This document shows, piece by piece, positions 13,696-26,614 of a stretch of 64,000 nucleotides of DNA (position 1 is its first letter; the number at the start of each line of letters is the position of its first letter). Both the position numbers and the translations under genes were made by a program. The notes beneath the pieces are model-generated. The model saw only the letters and a list, made by a program, of their open reading frames with translations, was not told where the DNA came from and did not search any database. This DNA is from Felis catus (taxonomy: Eukaryota), in NCBI RefSeq assembly GCF_018350175.1, contig NC_058368.1:108564001-108628000 (forward strand), written 5' to 3'.

Positions 13696-14914
13696 GATTA
13701 CAGATGACTAGCAGTGCACTGATACAAAGATTTCAAAATCTCTATCTCTAGTCTCAACTGTCTACTAAAAACTGCTACCTGAATCCCAAGGTAGCTCACA
13801 CTTACTAACTACAAACTTCCTTATCTTCTTTACCATGCCTACTCTTCCCTCCTTTATTCCTCACCTTGGTTAATGGCACTACTATCTTCCATGCCCCAAG
13901 TCTCTCATCCAAGTAGATTCAGCCACAACTCCTTCTTCCATATTCAGTCAAAGACTGAATCCTTTTCTCACAGATAAAGCTCTTCCTTTCTCACCCTACT
14001 ACTATCATGACCTCCTTTCTCTAAGCCTGTTATAAATGTAACAATGTCTTCACTAGTATCAGCTTCCACTCTCTCTCCTACTCTGTCCCATGTGTTTGTC
14101 ACAATGCCATCTGAGATAATACCCTAAAACACAAAGCTGACTATATCACATCACTTCTAGCTCCCAGTTGCCTAGAACATACAAAATTGTGATTATAATT
14201 TGAGATCCACCATAATCCCAATTTCTCATTTCCTGCCATTCCCTTATATGCATATCCTGAAACTCTCAATAATCATTAAACTTGCCATATCCTTTTCTTA
14301 GGCTATGCCTATCAACATGCCTCTTCCTTACTTTATTCAACTTGAAAAATCCAATGTATCCTAAATTCAAGATGCAGCTCAAGGCCACCTTCTGTAACAG
14401 AAACAGAAGAAACCACTAAGCAAAGGTTATCTCCTCTTTGGCACTCTCAGACTTATTTATATAGCTCTATTAGAGCATGTTACAGTCATCTGCCTAATGT
14501 TTACCAGGCATTCTGGAATTATGAAAATACAAAGAAGAAAAGAGATAAAATCCCTGCTCAGACTTCAGGTATAGCTAAGTACTTAAGTGTCAGTCTCACA
14601 GCTCCTAAAAGAGAGCTTAAGGTCAAGTCTATGGACACACAAGGTGTATGTAGTTCAGTGTAGAAAATGAACTTGGATAGAGAGGGGGAAAAGATACATT
14701 CACTTTCACCAACCTCTAACGACAATTTAGTATTTCCTTCAATTAAAATATAGGCAACAAATCTCAGCACTATTAGCAGTTCCTGTAACTTTGATCACTA
14801 ACAGGATTCAGTTTCACCACATGAGAGCTGATGCAGATAATCTAGAAAAAAGTTTATGCTCATCATTACTTCAAAATTGCAATACTTATTAGATCTACTG
14901 CTACCTCTTTTATA

Positions 14915-15102
14915 AAAATTTTTTACATTTTATTTTAGAGAGAAAGAGAGAGTGAGTTCACGCATGCAGGGTTAGAAGGGCAGAGAGACAAAGAGAATCC
15001 CAAGAAGTGTGGAGCGCGATGTGGGGCTCAATCCCACAACCTGGAACCATGACCCTAGCCCAAACCAAGAGCCAGATGCCCAAATGAACCACCCAAGCTC
15101 CT
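14915..15102 (-). mobile_element. Older CanSINE
   Basis: Diverged SINE; TSD tctactgcta(c/a)ctctt. Confidence 0.85.
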
Positions 15103-15565
15103 CTACTGCTAACTCTTAATATTTAATGAGTTAATTTGTATACATGCTACTATATCATAAATTTAGCATCTCGACAACTATTTCAAGATACTGAGTTTCC
15201 TTTATAATCCTATGAATTTTAAGCATTTATAAACATCTTTCTGAGAAGAGGTCTCTTAAGCTTTACCAGGCTGCAAAAGGTTCAGGCTGTCCCACAGGTT
15301 TTGACTTGTCTCCAAAGACCCAGCACAGTATCTGGCATAAAAACAACAACAAAAATCCAAAATGTGCTCACTAAATGAATGAATCAATATGTCTGAAATC
15401 AATTTTTTAACTCCTTTGCATTTTTAAAACACAGTCAGAGTCTTTATTTTCTTAATAGTCTAAGGGCAAAACTCAGATAAAGCATCTTAAGTTACCTCTA
15501 AAAAAGTAACATTGTATTAGTCTTGGGTGATGGATTTTCAAGAGCTCTAACTTTAAGATTAACTT

Positions 15566-15790
15566 TTAAGAGCTTATTTGGAGGTTCTAGCAGGGGATAG
15601 CAGCTACTCGTATACTCTTGACCAAAGAATGTTGCTCCTCTATGCAAGGTGATCCTCTCTGACCAAGTATACAGCTTTGTGAGGGACATACATGGAGCAG
15701 TGAGGGAGGCAGGGACACTGCCTAGCCAGCCAGATCAGCCAAATCAAACCTGGTGATCAATGCAGTGACAGATGTCACAGCCAAAACACC
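15566..15790 (-). pseudogene. 7SK snRNA retropseudogene, 3'-truncated
   Basis: The reverse complement (ggctgtgacatctgtcactgcattgatcaccaggtttgatttggctgatctggctggctaggcagtgtcc...gtatacgagtagctgctatcccctgctagaacctccaaataagctct) is colinear with roughly the first 240 nt of 7SK. It shows CpG decay and lacks the 3' hairpin. Confidence 0.93.
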
Positions 15791-16115
15791 GACAGAAAGC
15801 CACACTACTGATGCCTATTTTTTTTTTTTTCCATTTCATACTTTTCCATTATGTTCTTTAAGATTTGGGGAAATTTACAAACGCTCTTTGTTATTATGAA
15901 GGAGTAATCAAGCCAACTAATAAAGGTCACTCACAGTATAAAACAAACACATTCTGAAGCACAGGTGTGCATGTTGGTGGCAAGCAAGGCTAGACAACAG
16001 CTAAATACCAAGAAAAGGATAAATGGACAATTAAAATTATCCAGTAATATGATTTTAAACATTTGCAACTTCTCAGTGCCCTAGAGTATTTACTATATAT
16101 CTGAAATACTTTAAC

Positions 16116-16330
16116 TTTTTTTTTTTTAACGTTTATTTATTTTTGAGACAGAGAGAGACAGAGCATGAACGGGGGAGGGGCAGAGAGAGAGGGAGATACA
16201 GAATCGGAAGCAGGCTCCAGGCTCTGAGCCATTAGCCCAGAGCCCGACGCGGGGCTCGAACCCACGGACCGCAAGATCGTGACCTGAGCTGAAGTCGGAC
16301 ACTTAACCGACTGAGCCACCCAGGCGCCCC
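16116..16330 (-). mobile_element. Young felid SINE
   Basis: CpG-rich; perfect 19-bp TSD tatatctgaaatactttaa (16096-16114 and 16331-16349). Confidence 0.95.
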
Positions 16331-17509
16331 TATATCTGAAATACTTTAAGGAACAGTCATCAGATTTGAAATTCTTCCCAAAATAGCTCTTTTCTTGAGA
16401 AGAGGAGTCTGGGAAGCTTCTACAGCTCCACAAACAATACTAATAAATGTTTTTTCATGCTCTCTCTTAGTAACTAGGGATAATCATTAAATACCTTCTA
16501 TTAATTCATAACTTATTAATGTTACAAGCTTTTTATAAATATCATCTAAACAAATAAGTGCATTTAGATGTGTGACTTATTATTTTTGTATTTATATAGA
16601 AATGGACTGGACTCCAGAAGGTTGCCACCTACTCAGAAGTTCCACGTTTCAGAGAAATATACACACAATTTAAAAAAAGCATATAAATGATCATAAAAAG
16701 ACTCTAATGCATAGTTAAGCTACAATGGAACATCAGTGTTTGTTCAGTATCTAGTTTCTATTTCCAAACTACTATAAATAAGATATGAGACACGAAACAA
16801 ACCTACGTAATACCAACTGGTACTAGAAGACAACAGGGCTTTTTTTCCCCCTGGCAAACAGTTATTTTATTGTGCATGCTATGGTTTCAGAAAGCTGAAT
16901 AATCTTTCCTTTAAGCTTTTAAAATTAACATGTAAACATATCAGTACATATCTCACTGAAGACTTTGGCAGGAAGAAAGTGTAAACTCGCAAAGTATCTT
17001 TTGTACACAAATAAAACAGTAAAAAAAATTATTAAAAAAATCTATCTAACCTAATACTTGCACGTTCAATTTATAAAATATTGTAAGATAATATCTTTGA
17101 CAGTTATCTCTGCCATGCAGGTAAATAAAAAATTATTTACTAGTAATTTTAATTCAGTTCTTACCATAATTAGCAAGGTGAAGAAACTGAATTTAGGACA
17201 TACATATAAAGTACTGCTAGTCCCTGGCTTCTAAAACATTGTCCCTAATTCTAAAAATTTAACTCCTGAAAAATCCATTCTATGCTTAAAGAAAGCCAGA
17301 GTACGTTGGGGTACTACTTAAGTGTCTGTCTTACTGCTATAAAGCCAAAGAAGAGATCAGTGGTTGCCAGCAGTTAGAGGGGAAGGGAAGGGTCTGACTA
17401 CAGAGGTGGTAGCATGAGAGAAATCTAGAGGCATTGAAATTGTTCACTATCAGTGCTGGCAGTTTTAAGAACCTAGTCATGTGTTAAGACTGAAAATAAG
17501 TACATGTGT

Positions 17510-18030
17510 ATGTATGTTCTTAGCAGCAAAATACATTTACAGTCGTCAATAAGTAGAAACAGCCCAAATGTCCATCAATGAGTGAATGGAGAAACAAAAT
17601 CAAGGTACATAAATACAAGAAAATATTATTCGGTCATAAAAAGGGATGGAATACAGAAACATACCACAGCATGGATGAACCTTGAAAACATTATGCTAAG
17701 TGAAAGAAGACAGACATTAAATGTCATATAAGATTCTATTTATATGAAATATCCAAAACAGATAAATCCATATAGACCAAATGCAGACTGCAGGGTGCCA
17801 GGGATTGAGGGGGAAAGGAAGGAGAAACTGCTTACAGAACAACATTTACTTTGGAGTCATGGAAATGTTTTAGAACTAACTATAAGTAGATAACGATGAG
17901 TTCACGCATGCAGGGTTAGAAGGGCAGACCCTTCTAGAAGGACATAACCCTATGAATCTACTAAATGCCACTGAATTGTTCACTTTAAAATGGTTAATTT
18001 TATGTTATATGAATTTCACCTCAACAAATC
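17510..18030 (+). mobile_element. Old L1M 3' end
   Basis: cccaaatgtccatcaatgagtgaatgga, catggatgaaccttgaaaacattatgctaagtgaaagaag, ctaaatgccactgaattg motifs. Confidence 0.88.
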
Positions 18031-18351
18031 ATACACATAAATACATATATATGAAGCTTCATACATAAGCAACATAATGGTGATAATGATGGTGACAATG
18101 ACAATGATGATGACGATGATGATGTTACAGTGGTAATGAAATGCACTTTAAAAAACCAGGGAGGGCATAGTGTCTACCTTCAACATGCTCAACATTTACA
18201 GAGTGTGCAGAACACCTAGAACAGTTAAACACACTGTTTAAAAAAAACGTTCCATCCCTCTGTAAAAATATAGTCACAGCATAAAAGGAAAACACAGATT
18301 CTCATCTGACCAGCAAGTCTTATTTAAATGACAAAACTTAACAATAATTTC

Positions 18352-18850
18352 AGGGGCGCCTGGGTGGCTGAGCAGGTTGAGTGTCTGACTTTAGCTCAGG
18401 TTGGTCATTATCTCTTGGTTCATGGGTTCAAGCCCCGAGTTGGGCTCTGTGCTAACAGTTCAGAGCCTGTAGTCTGCCTAGGATTCTGTGTCTCCCCCTC
18501 TCTCTCTGCCCGGCCCCCACTTGTGCTGTGTGTCTTTCTCTCTCTCAAAAATAAACGTTATTATTTTTTTTAAAGCAATACTTTCCTTTAAAAAAACAAA
18601 ATAAAATAAAATAATTTCAGTTAGGGGCACCAGGATGGCTCAGTCAGTTAAGTGTCTGGCTTTTGACTCTGGCTCAGGGCATGATTTCACAGTTCATGGG
18701 TTCAAGCCCCACATTGCGCTCTGTGCTGGCAGTGTGGAGCCTGCTTGGGATTCTCTGTCTCTCCATCTCTCTCTTTATCCCTCCCCCACTTCATGCTCGA
18801 TCTCTCTCTATCTCAGTCAAAATAAAGAAAGAAACTTTTTTAAAAACCCC
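18352..18850 (+). mobile_element. Two tandem CanSINEs (18352-~18608 and 18624-~18850)
   Basis: Two heads and two tails; ataatttcag occurs at all three boundaries. Confidence 0.9.
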
Positions 18851-19239
18851 AGATAATTTCAGTTTAGCCTTTCAAATCACAGTTACTGACATTTGGCTTT
18901 GATAGTTTTGTCACTACATGAAACTCAACAAGAAAGTGAAAACATGGTCCCAGTTACAGGGCCCATAAGCTGCTGTTGGCAGGGAGGGAGATCTTGTCAC
19001 CAACACAGGAAAGAGCAGCCCAGAATGGGTAACTAACTGTTTCCCAATTGCCACAGCTGAGCATTAAGACAGAGGACATTAAAGCAGAAGGCCAACATTC
19101 ATGGCTTTATTCCCTCAGCAAATGGCATCTTCTGTGTGCCATTTACTGTGACAATCAGTGGGTACACTCTAAATTTCAAAAATGCATAGTTCAAGTCTCA
19201 CTAGAAGGTGGAGCAAGTCTCACACAAGAGGGAGAGTGA

Positions 19240-20230
19240 AGAGTGGTACAACCACTTTGAAAAATAGTGTGACAATATCTAAAAAAAACTGAACATATAC
19301 ATATCTGATGACCTATAAAGTCAAACTAAGGTACATATTTAATAGAAATATGTACATACCTCCCTCAAAAAAACCAGTATAAAAATGTTCAAAGCAGGGG
19401 CATTTGGATGCCTCAGTTACATGTCTGACTCTTGATTTCAGCTCAGGTCCTGATCTTACAGTTCGTGAGTTCCAGACTACTTGGGATTCTCTCTCTTTCC
19501 CTTTCTCTCTGTCCCTCCCCTGCATGTGTTCTCTCAAAATAAATAAACAAACAAACTTGTTAATAAAATGTTCAAAGCAATGTTATTCATTACAGTATCA
19601 ACCAGGAAATGATCCAAACATCCATCAACGCAATAGTCTGGGTAATAAACTGGTATTTTCACACAACAGAATATTACACTGCAGTAGTTCTCAACCAGGG
19701 ATGATTTTGCTCCCTACCCCCCCGCTCCCCCCAGAGGATATCTGGCAATGTCTGGAGACATTTTAGGTTGTCACAACTCAGGGGTGCTACTGGCATCTAG
19801 TGGGTTAGAGATCAAGGATGCTGTAAACATCCTTCAATGCACAGGAGAGAATTATCCTAACCAAACTGTCAACAGAGCTGAATTTGAGAAATTCTAGCCT
19901 ATAGCCTATGAGAATGAACTATACAACACAAACCATATGGATAAATTCAAACATAATGGTAAGCAATAAAGAAGCCAAACAAGAATACATATGTATGATT
20001 CCATTTACATGAAGCTCAAATTCAGGCAAAATTAACCCCTGACATGAGAGGTGAGGATAGTGGAGGTTGAAAAGTTCACTAGGGATACTCCAGGGGCACA
20101 AGCAATACTGTTTCTTGAGCTTGGTAGTAGCTATCTGGCACTATGTGTAAATTCATTTAATTCAATAGTCAAAATATGTACACTTCTCTTAAGTATACTA
20201 TTCTTCAATAAAAATTTTATTTAAAAAAAT
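19240..20230 (+). mobile_element. Old L1M 3' region with a nested internally deleted SINE (19397-19563) and MER20 (19682-19897)
   Basis: L1M motifs; SINE TSD aaaatgttcaaagca; MER20 signature tggcaatgtctggagacatttt..ggttgtcacaac..gtgctactggcatctagtgggt. Confidence 0.85.
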
Positions 20231-21067
20231 TCATAGGACTGTAAGTGCTATGGGAGATTTTTACTCTTTGTAAATTATAAAAATAAAAACTTTGCTTTCC
20301 TACCGCAAATCAGTTAAAATTCTTAGTATACTGGTAAATATTTCTCTGAAAAATTTCTCCCGTGAAGTCTGACAATTCCAAGTTCTAGTACTACACTTAC
20401 CAAGTTATACTGATCTTGCGCAAGTCAAATTTTTCATATTTATATCTTTTTAGAAGTATAGAGGCAACAAACTTACTTTACTGCCAAGGGAATACAAAAA
20501 ATCAAACAAATATAAAACTATCCCACCAATCTTATTCCCCAGATCTAGCCACTTTCAACATTTTTGTACTCCCTTCTAGACTTTTCTTATAAATGTACAA
20601 ATACACGTTAACAGAATTAACAAACATATTTATAAAAGTAAAATCATATTGCATACTACCCTACAATTTACTTTTTAACTTAATGTATGTGGAAATCTCT
20701 ACTAGGAAATACATAATTATCATATTCTATTTAATAGCTATACAGTGTTCCAATGTATAAACTATAATTTATTTAATCACCCTAATTATGGACACAGTAA
20801 CAACTTAAATTGGAAACTTCAAATAATTCTTCAAGGAACATCAGAATATGCTTATATATTACCTTTGCACAACTGCTGCTCTACAAAGTAGTTGTACCCA
20901 TATATACTGTCACATAAAATAGGGCTTGCTTTATTTTCTTTTGCCATAATAAGGTATTATTCTTTCCAGTATTATCAGACTGACAGCTTCGTAAATTATA
21001 GACAGGATATTATCTTTATTTCTATTTTTCAGTTATTGAGGTTAAACATTATTCAAATATTCAGTAG

Positions 21068-21168
21068 GTTAAGCGTCGACTTTGGCTTCAGCTCAGGTCA
21101 TGATCTCACAGTTGATGAGTTCATGTCCCACATCAGGCTCTATGCTGACAGTGTGGAACCTGCTTGGG

Positions 21169-21208
<40 letters not shown>

Positions 21209-21306
21209 GTCTGTCTCTCTGTCTCTGCCTTGTCTCTCTCTATCTCCCTTTGCCCTTCACTCCTCTCCCCTTCTCCCTCTCTCAAAATAAATAGACCTTA
21301 AAAAAA
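21068..21306 (+). mobile_element. 5'-truncated CanSINE with an expanded (CT)n tract
   Basis: gctcaggtcatgatctcacagtt, long CT tract, aaaataaata tail. Confidence 0.88.
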
Positions 21307-21494
21307 GGTCTACTGTGAATTTTGTTTAAATCACTTGTGAAGGAAAACATTTAATCACATTTTTATCTTCCTCGGGTACAAAAGTGAGCCAGTCTGACTG
21401 GGTGATTGAGAGGTCAAATGAGAAAATGACAGAGTAAAATCAGTGGTTATACTAAGGTATCAGGTAACTAGGGCTATATATCAAAAGCATGTTG

Positions 21495-21716
21495 GGGCGC
21501 CTGGGTGGCTCAGTCGGTTAAGCGTCCGACTTTGGCTCAGGTCACGATCTCACTGTCCGTGAGTTCGAGCCCCGCGTCAGGCTCTGTGCTGACAGCTCAG
21601 AGCCTGGAGCCTGTTTCAGATTCTGTGTCTCCCTCTCTCTCTGACCCTCCCCCGTTCATGCTCTGTCTCTCCCTGTCTCAAAAATAAATAAAACATTAAA
21701 AAAAAAAAAAAAAAAA
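21495..21716 (+). mobile_element. Young felid SINE
   Basis: TSD aaaagcatgttg; long A tail. Confidence 0.95.
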
Positions 21717-22207
21717 GCATGTTGAAGAGCTTCAAAACAAGTTGAAATAATCACCTGGCCAAAAACCTACTCTAGAAGATTGAGAATTAATTCCACATAG
21801 GGCAATCTGAAGGATTTTTAGAGAGGTCCACAGGTGATTCTGATGCACACTCCAGGCTGATAACCACTGGCAAATTAGAAAAAAAAGGTCATTCTCTTTC
21901 TCGAATATTAGCAAATGTATATTCTCTTTAGATGCATACAGAATCTCTGCTCCTGGATTCTAAATTTTGAAGGACTGGAGACTCTACTGAAAGCACTCTT
22001 CTATTGCTTTTCACCCCACAGACTGCTCAGACTACCTGAATAAAAATATTTTCAGTTTTCTGTGCAGTTAAGGCTAAGTTCCAAAGCAAACATTCTTATT
22101 TAGTAAGCATATTATGTACAAGGCATTGTGCTTTGGCTGGTTATTAAAATCTTATTGTGTCTCTTTCTACATTCCAAAAACATGCCTAATCTTATACAAT
22201 AGTACTT

Positions 22208-22427
22208 CTTTTTTTTATACAATTTTTTAAGTTTATTTATTTTGAGAGCGAGAGAGAGAACACAAGCAGAGGAGGAGCAGAGAGAGAAGGAGACAGAGAA
22301 TCCCAAGAAGGCTCTGCAAGATCAGCGCAGAGCCCAAAGTGGGGCTCAAACTCACCAACTGTGAAATCATACCACAACAGAAATCAAGAGTCAGACGCTT
22401 AACCGACTGAGCCACCCAGGTGCCCTC
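22208..22427 (-). mobile_element. CanSINE
   Basis: TSD caa(t/c)agtacttc. Confidence 0.9.
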
Positions 22428-22599
22428 ACAACAGTACTTCAAGTATAGGATGGATAGCATTTATTATTGCCCAGTGGGAAATTCCCTCTGAACTAGAATG
22501 TATCTGTAAAAGAGAGACACATGTTAACATATCCTAATTAGACAAAGCTTTTCAAAAGATAACATCTCAACAATAAGCACTAGATAAACCAGATATTCA

Positions 22600-25500
22600 T
22601 AGAGAAAAAACCTCAAACCTATCTCACTCTACAGATAAAAGTTAACTCAAAATAAGTCATAGATTTAAACATGAAAGCTCAAAAACTATAAAATCTCTAC
22701 AAAAAAACAAAAAAGCCAGGATATTTTCCTGACCTTGGAGTACGGCAAAATTTTTTACATCATACACACCCAACCATAAACTTTTATATATATATTTTAA
22801 ATACACTCTCAAATTGGCTAATATACACTGTGTAAAGTGCTCTTGGTTTTTGGGGTAGATTTTCATGGTTCATCACTTACATACAACACCCAGAGCTCAT
22901 CCAACAAGTGTCGTCCTCAATGCCCATCACCCATTTTCCCCTCTCCCACACCCCCCATCCACCCTCAGTTTGTTCTCTCTCTATATATTTTTTTAAGGTT
23001 TTATTTATTTTTGAGACAGAGAGAGACGCATGAATGGGGGAGGGGCAGAGAGAGAGAGGGAGGCACAGAATCGGAAGCAGGCTCCAGGCTCTGAGCCATC
23101 AGCCCAGAGCCCGACGTGGGGCTAGAACTCACGGATCGCGAGATCGTGACCTGGGCTGAAGTTGGACGCTTAACCGACTGAGCCACCCAGGAGCCCTTAT
23201 TTTGTTCTCTGTATTTAAGAGTCTCTTATGGTTTGCCTCCCTCCCTCTCTGTAACTATTTTTTCCCCTTTCCTTCCCCCAGGGTCTTCTGTTAAGTTTCT
23301 CTCAAGATCCACATATGAGTGAAAACATATGATATCCGTCCTTCTCTGACTTATTTCACTCAGCATTAATACCATAAACTTTTAAAAATATCATAGGGGT
23401 GGCCTGGGTAGCTCTGTTGGTTAAGCCTCCAACTCCTTTATTTTACAATTTTTTTAAATATTTATTTATTTTTGAGAAAGAGAGAGGGGGAGAGAGAGAG
23501 ACAGTATGAGCAAGAGAGGGACAGAGAGAGGGATACACAGAATCCGAAACAGGCTCCAGGTTCTGAGCCCGATGAGGGGCCTGAACCCACAAACCATGAG
23601 ATCATGACCTGAACTGAAGTCAAATGTTCAATCGACTGAGCAACCCAGGTGCCCCATCTTTTTTTCTTTTTTTAATGTTTATTTTTGACAGAGAGGGAGA
23701 CAAAGGATCTGAAGGGGCTCCATGCTGACAGCAGAGAGGCCCATGAGGGGCTTGAACTCATGAACCATGAAATCACAAGCTAAAAAATTGGAGGCTTAAC
23801 CAACCGAGCCACCCAGCTGCACTAAGCCTCCAACTCTTGATTGCAGCTCACATCATAACCTCAGAGTTGGTGAGATCGAGCTCCCCATGGGGCACTGCAC
23901 TAACAGCTCAAAACCTGCTTGGGATTCTCTCTTTCCCTCTCTCTATGCTCCTTCCTCGCTTGCTCGCTCTCTCTCTCTCTCTCTCTCAAAATAAGTAAAC
24001 ATTAAAAAAAAAATAGATAAAATATCATAAGCTAGACTTCATCAAATTTCAGAATTCTGATCTTTGAAAGACATCACTAACACAGAAGCAACCTGGAGCA
24101 TGGAGAAAATCAGCAATGAGTGTATCTAACCAAGAATTTTGTCCAGAATATATAAAGAAGTCTTGTAACTCATACTAAGAAGTTATCCAGTTTTTACATG
24201 GCAAAATACTTGGACTTTATAAAATAAGATACATATATAGCAAATGAGCTCAAAAAATTGCTCAACATCACCCGAATGAAGGAAAGACAAAATAAACTAC
24301 AATGAGATGCTACTACACACTTACTAAAATTATTAAAATCGTAAGACTGATACCACATTTGCAGTGATGTCGATGGAGCTAGAATGTATTATGCTAAGCA
24401 AAGTAAGTCAGTCAGAGAAGGACAAATACCACAGGATTTCACTCCTATGTGGAATTTAAGAAACAAAACAGATGAACATATGGCAAGGTGATGGCGGGGG
24501 GCAGGAAAGGGAGGGAAACAAATCACAAGTGACTCTTAATGATAGAGAACAAACTATAGAGGGAAGTGAGTGAGAGATGGGCTAGAGGGATGATGGGTAC
24601 TAAGGAGGGCACCTGTTGTGATGAGCACTGGGTGTTGTATGGAAGTGATGAATCCGTGAACTCTACTCCTGAAACCAATAGTGCACTGTATGTTAACTAA
24701 CCAGAATTTAAATAAAAATTTGAAAAGAAAACAGAAAAAGGACTAAGTGTTGGTGATAACTGGAATTATCATATACTGGTGGTGAGCAAGTAAAATGGTG
24801 CAACCATTTTGGAACACAGTTTGGCAGTTTCTTATAAAGTTAAGCATACACTTGCTTATAACCCAGCAATTCTACTTCTAGACATCTACCCAACAGAAAT
24901 AAAAACACATTCAGACAAAGACTCATACATCAATGTTCATAGGAGCTTTATATATAATATTCCCTCAAAGTGAAAATAATCCAAATATTCATCAACTTCT
25001 ATATGGACAAATTTTATTATATCAGTATAATGGAATACTCATCTTCAATAAAAATCAATGAGCTACTGAAGTAAGCAGAAACACAGGATAAATCTAAGAA
25101 ACATTCTGCTGAATAAAAGAATCCAGAAACAAAAAAAGCACATATTGTAGAATTTTATTAACATGAAATTTTAGAATGGGGAAAATTAATCTATGGTGAC
25201 AGAAAGTAGATCAGAAATTGGGGGGAGGGGGGGTCACGGGAGTTGGGGGGGTTGGTTACTGACTATAAAGGGATATAAGAGAACTTTTGGGAGTGACACG
25301 AAGTTCACTATTTTTTTTAATGTTTATTTATTTTTGAGAGAGAGAGAGAGAGAAAGACAGAGCACAAGCAGGGGAGGAGCAGGGAGAGAGGGAGACACAG
25401 AACCCGAAGCAAGCTCCAGGCTCTGAGCTGTCAGCACACAACCTGACATGGGGCTCAAACCCACAAACTGAGAGATCATGACCTGAGCCAAAGTTGGATG

Positions 25501-25830
25501 CTTAACCAACTGGGCCAACCAGGCAGCCCCACAAAGTTCTATATCTTGATTATAATAGTTGTTACAAAGGTGCATATATTTGTCAAAACTCAGAAACATA
25601 ACATTTTATTTTTTTTATAAAGATGACTTTTTTAAGTTTATTAGAGAGAGAGAGTATAGGGGAGGGGCAGAAAGAAAGGGAGAGAAAGAATCCTAACCAG
25701 GCTCCATGCTGTCAGTGTGGAGTCCAACATGGAGCTTGAAGTCACGAACAGTGAGATCATGAGCAGAAGTCAAGAGTCACACAATTAACCGAACGAGCCA
25801 CCCAGGCGCCCCACGAACCATACTGTCTTA
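22600..25830. mobile_element. Nested repeat stack: old L1M (+) host with L1 3' ends (22800-23370 -, 24355-24735 +) and at least six SINEs
   Basis: L1 host motifs resume after each insert. SINEs at 22985-23197(-), 23397-24012(+, interrupted), 23445-23655(-), 23660-23822(-), 25310-25530(-) and 25625-25812(-). Confidence 0.85.
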
Positions 25831-25839
25831 AAATGAACC

Positions 25840-26372
25840 CAGGATTTGTTTTAATCAGGTATTGCAAGACAAAGACATGGAAAAAAACTGTTAGGAAGGA
25901 AGAAGTTTATACCCACAGTTCCCTAGAAACAGGAAGCATGTCACACCACATCAGGCCACATGGGAAGCACCAGGGCAATAAGGAGGCAGGGGAAAGAGAA
26001 AAATGTGGCAAAAATCTTTACTGTGGTTTTCACCAGAGAAAAAAATGGGCCAGATGTGATAAGCAAGCTAAACATAAGACTGACTAGTCTCAATAATTAC
26101 AGGGGTCTCCACAGTGTAAGAACAACCCCCTAGTTGGCTGGTACCTAGACCTGGGGTAATTAGAGCAAGAGTATGACAGCTCAGTAAAGGAGGTGGTTGG
26201 AGCAGGCTCTGAACTGGTTGGTTCACACATGAAAGATGCACTGTTAACAGGGGAATCCTTTGCTATCTCTAAGAATTAGGTAACCCTGGAAAGGTCAGTC
26301 TCTCCAGGATCAAGAAAGCTCCACATGTCAAAACACTAGAAAATACAGACCAAAAAAAGGCATGACTAACAC
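25840..26372 (-). mobile_element. Solo LTR, ERVL class (MER76-like)
   Basis: cacagttccc..gggaagcaccaggg..tttactgtggtttt..ggtacctagacctgggg..atgtcaaaacactagaaaatacag resembles a recalled consensus; the family name is uncertain. Confidence 0.6.
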
Positions 26373-26614
26373 ATATATAGTTAAAAGGATGCATTTAATT
26401 GAATGTCATATTTCAATAAAGTTGATATAAAAATTAAAATTTTAAGAATAAATAAAACATCAAAGTGGCTAATTCACTGAAAAGGTTGCCAGCACCAAAA
26501 AGTATTTACTCAGTTTTAAAAGAAAAAAAAATCCTAATTTTCTAAAATGGTAGCATTACTTAAATGTGGAATTACTCTACAGTATGGATTTTACCAATTA
26601 TAGAAGTCTAATGT

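Noticed and set aside
18075..18135. (GAT/GAC)n-like tract that could encode an acidic run
   Set aside because: Degenerate microsatellite with no surrounding ORF or splice sites.
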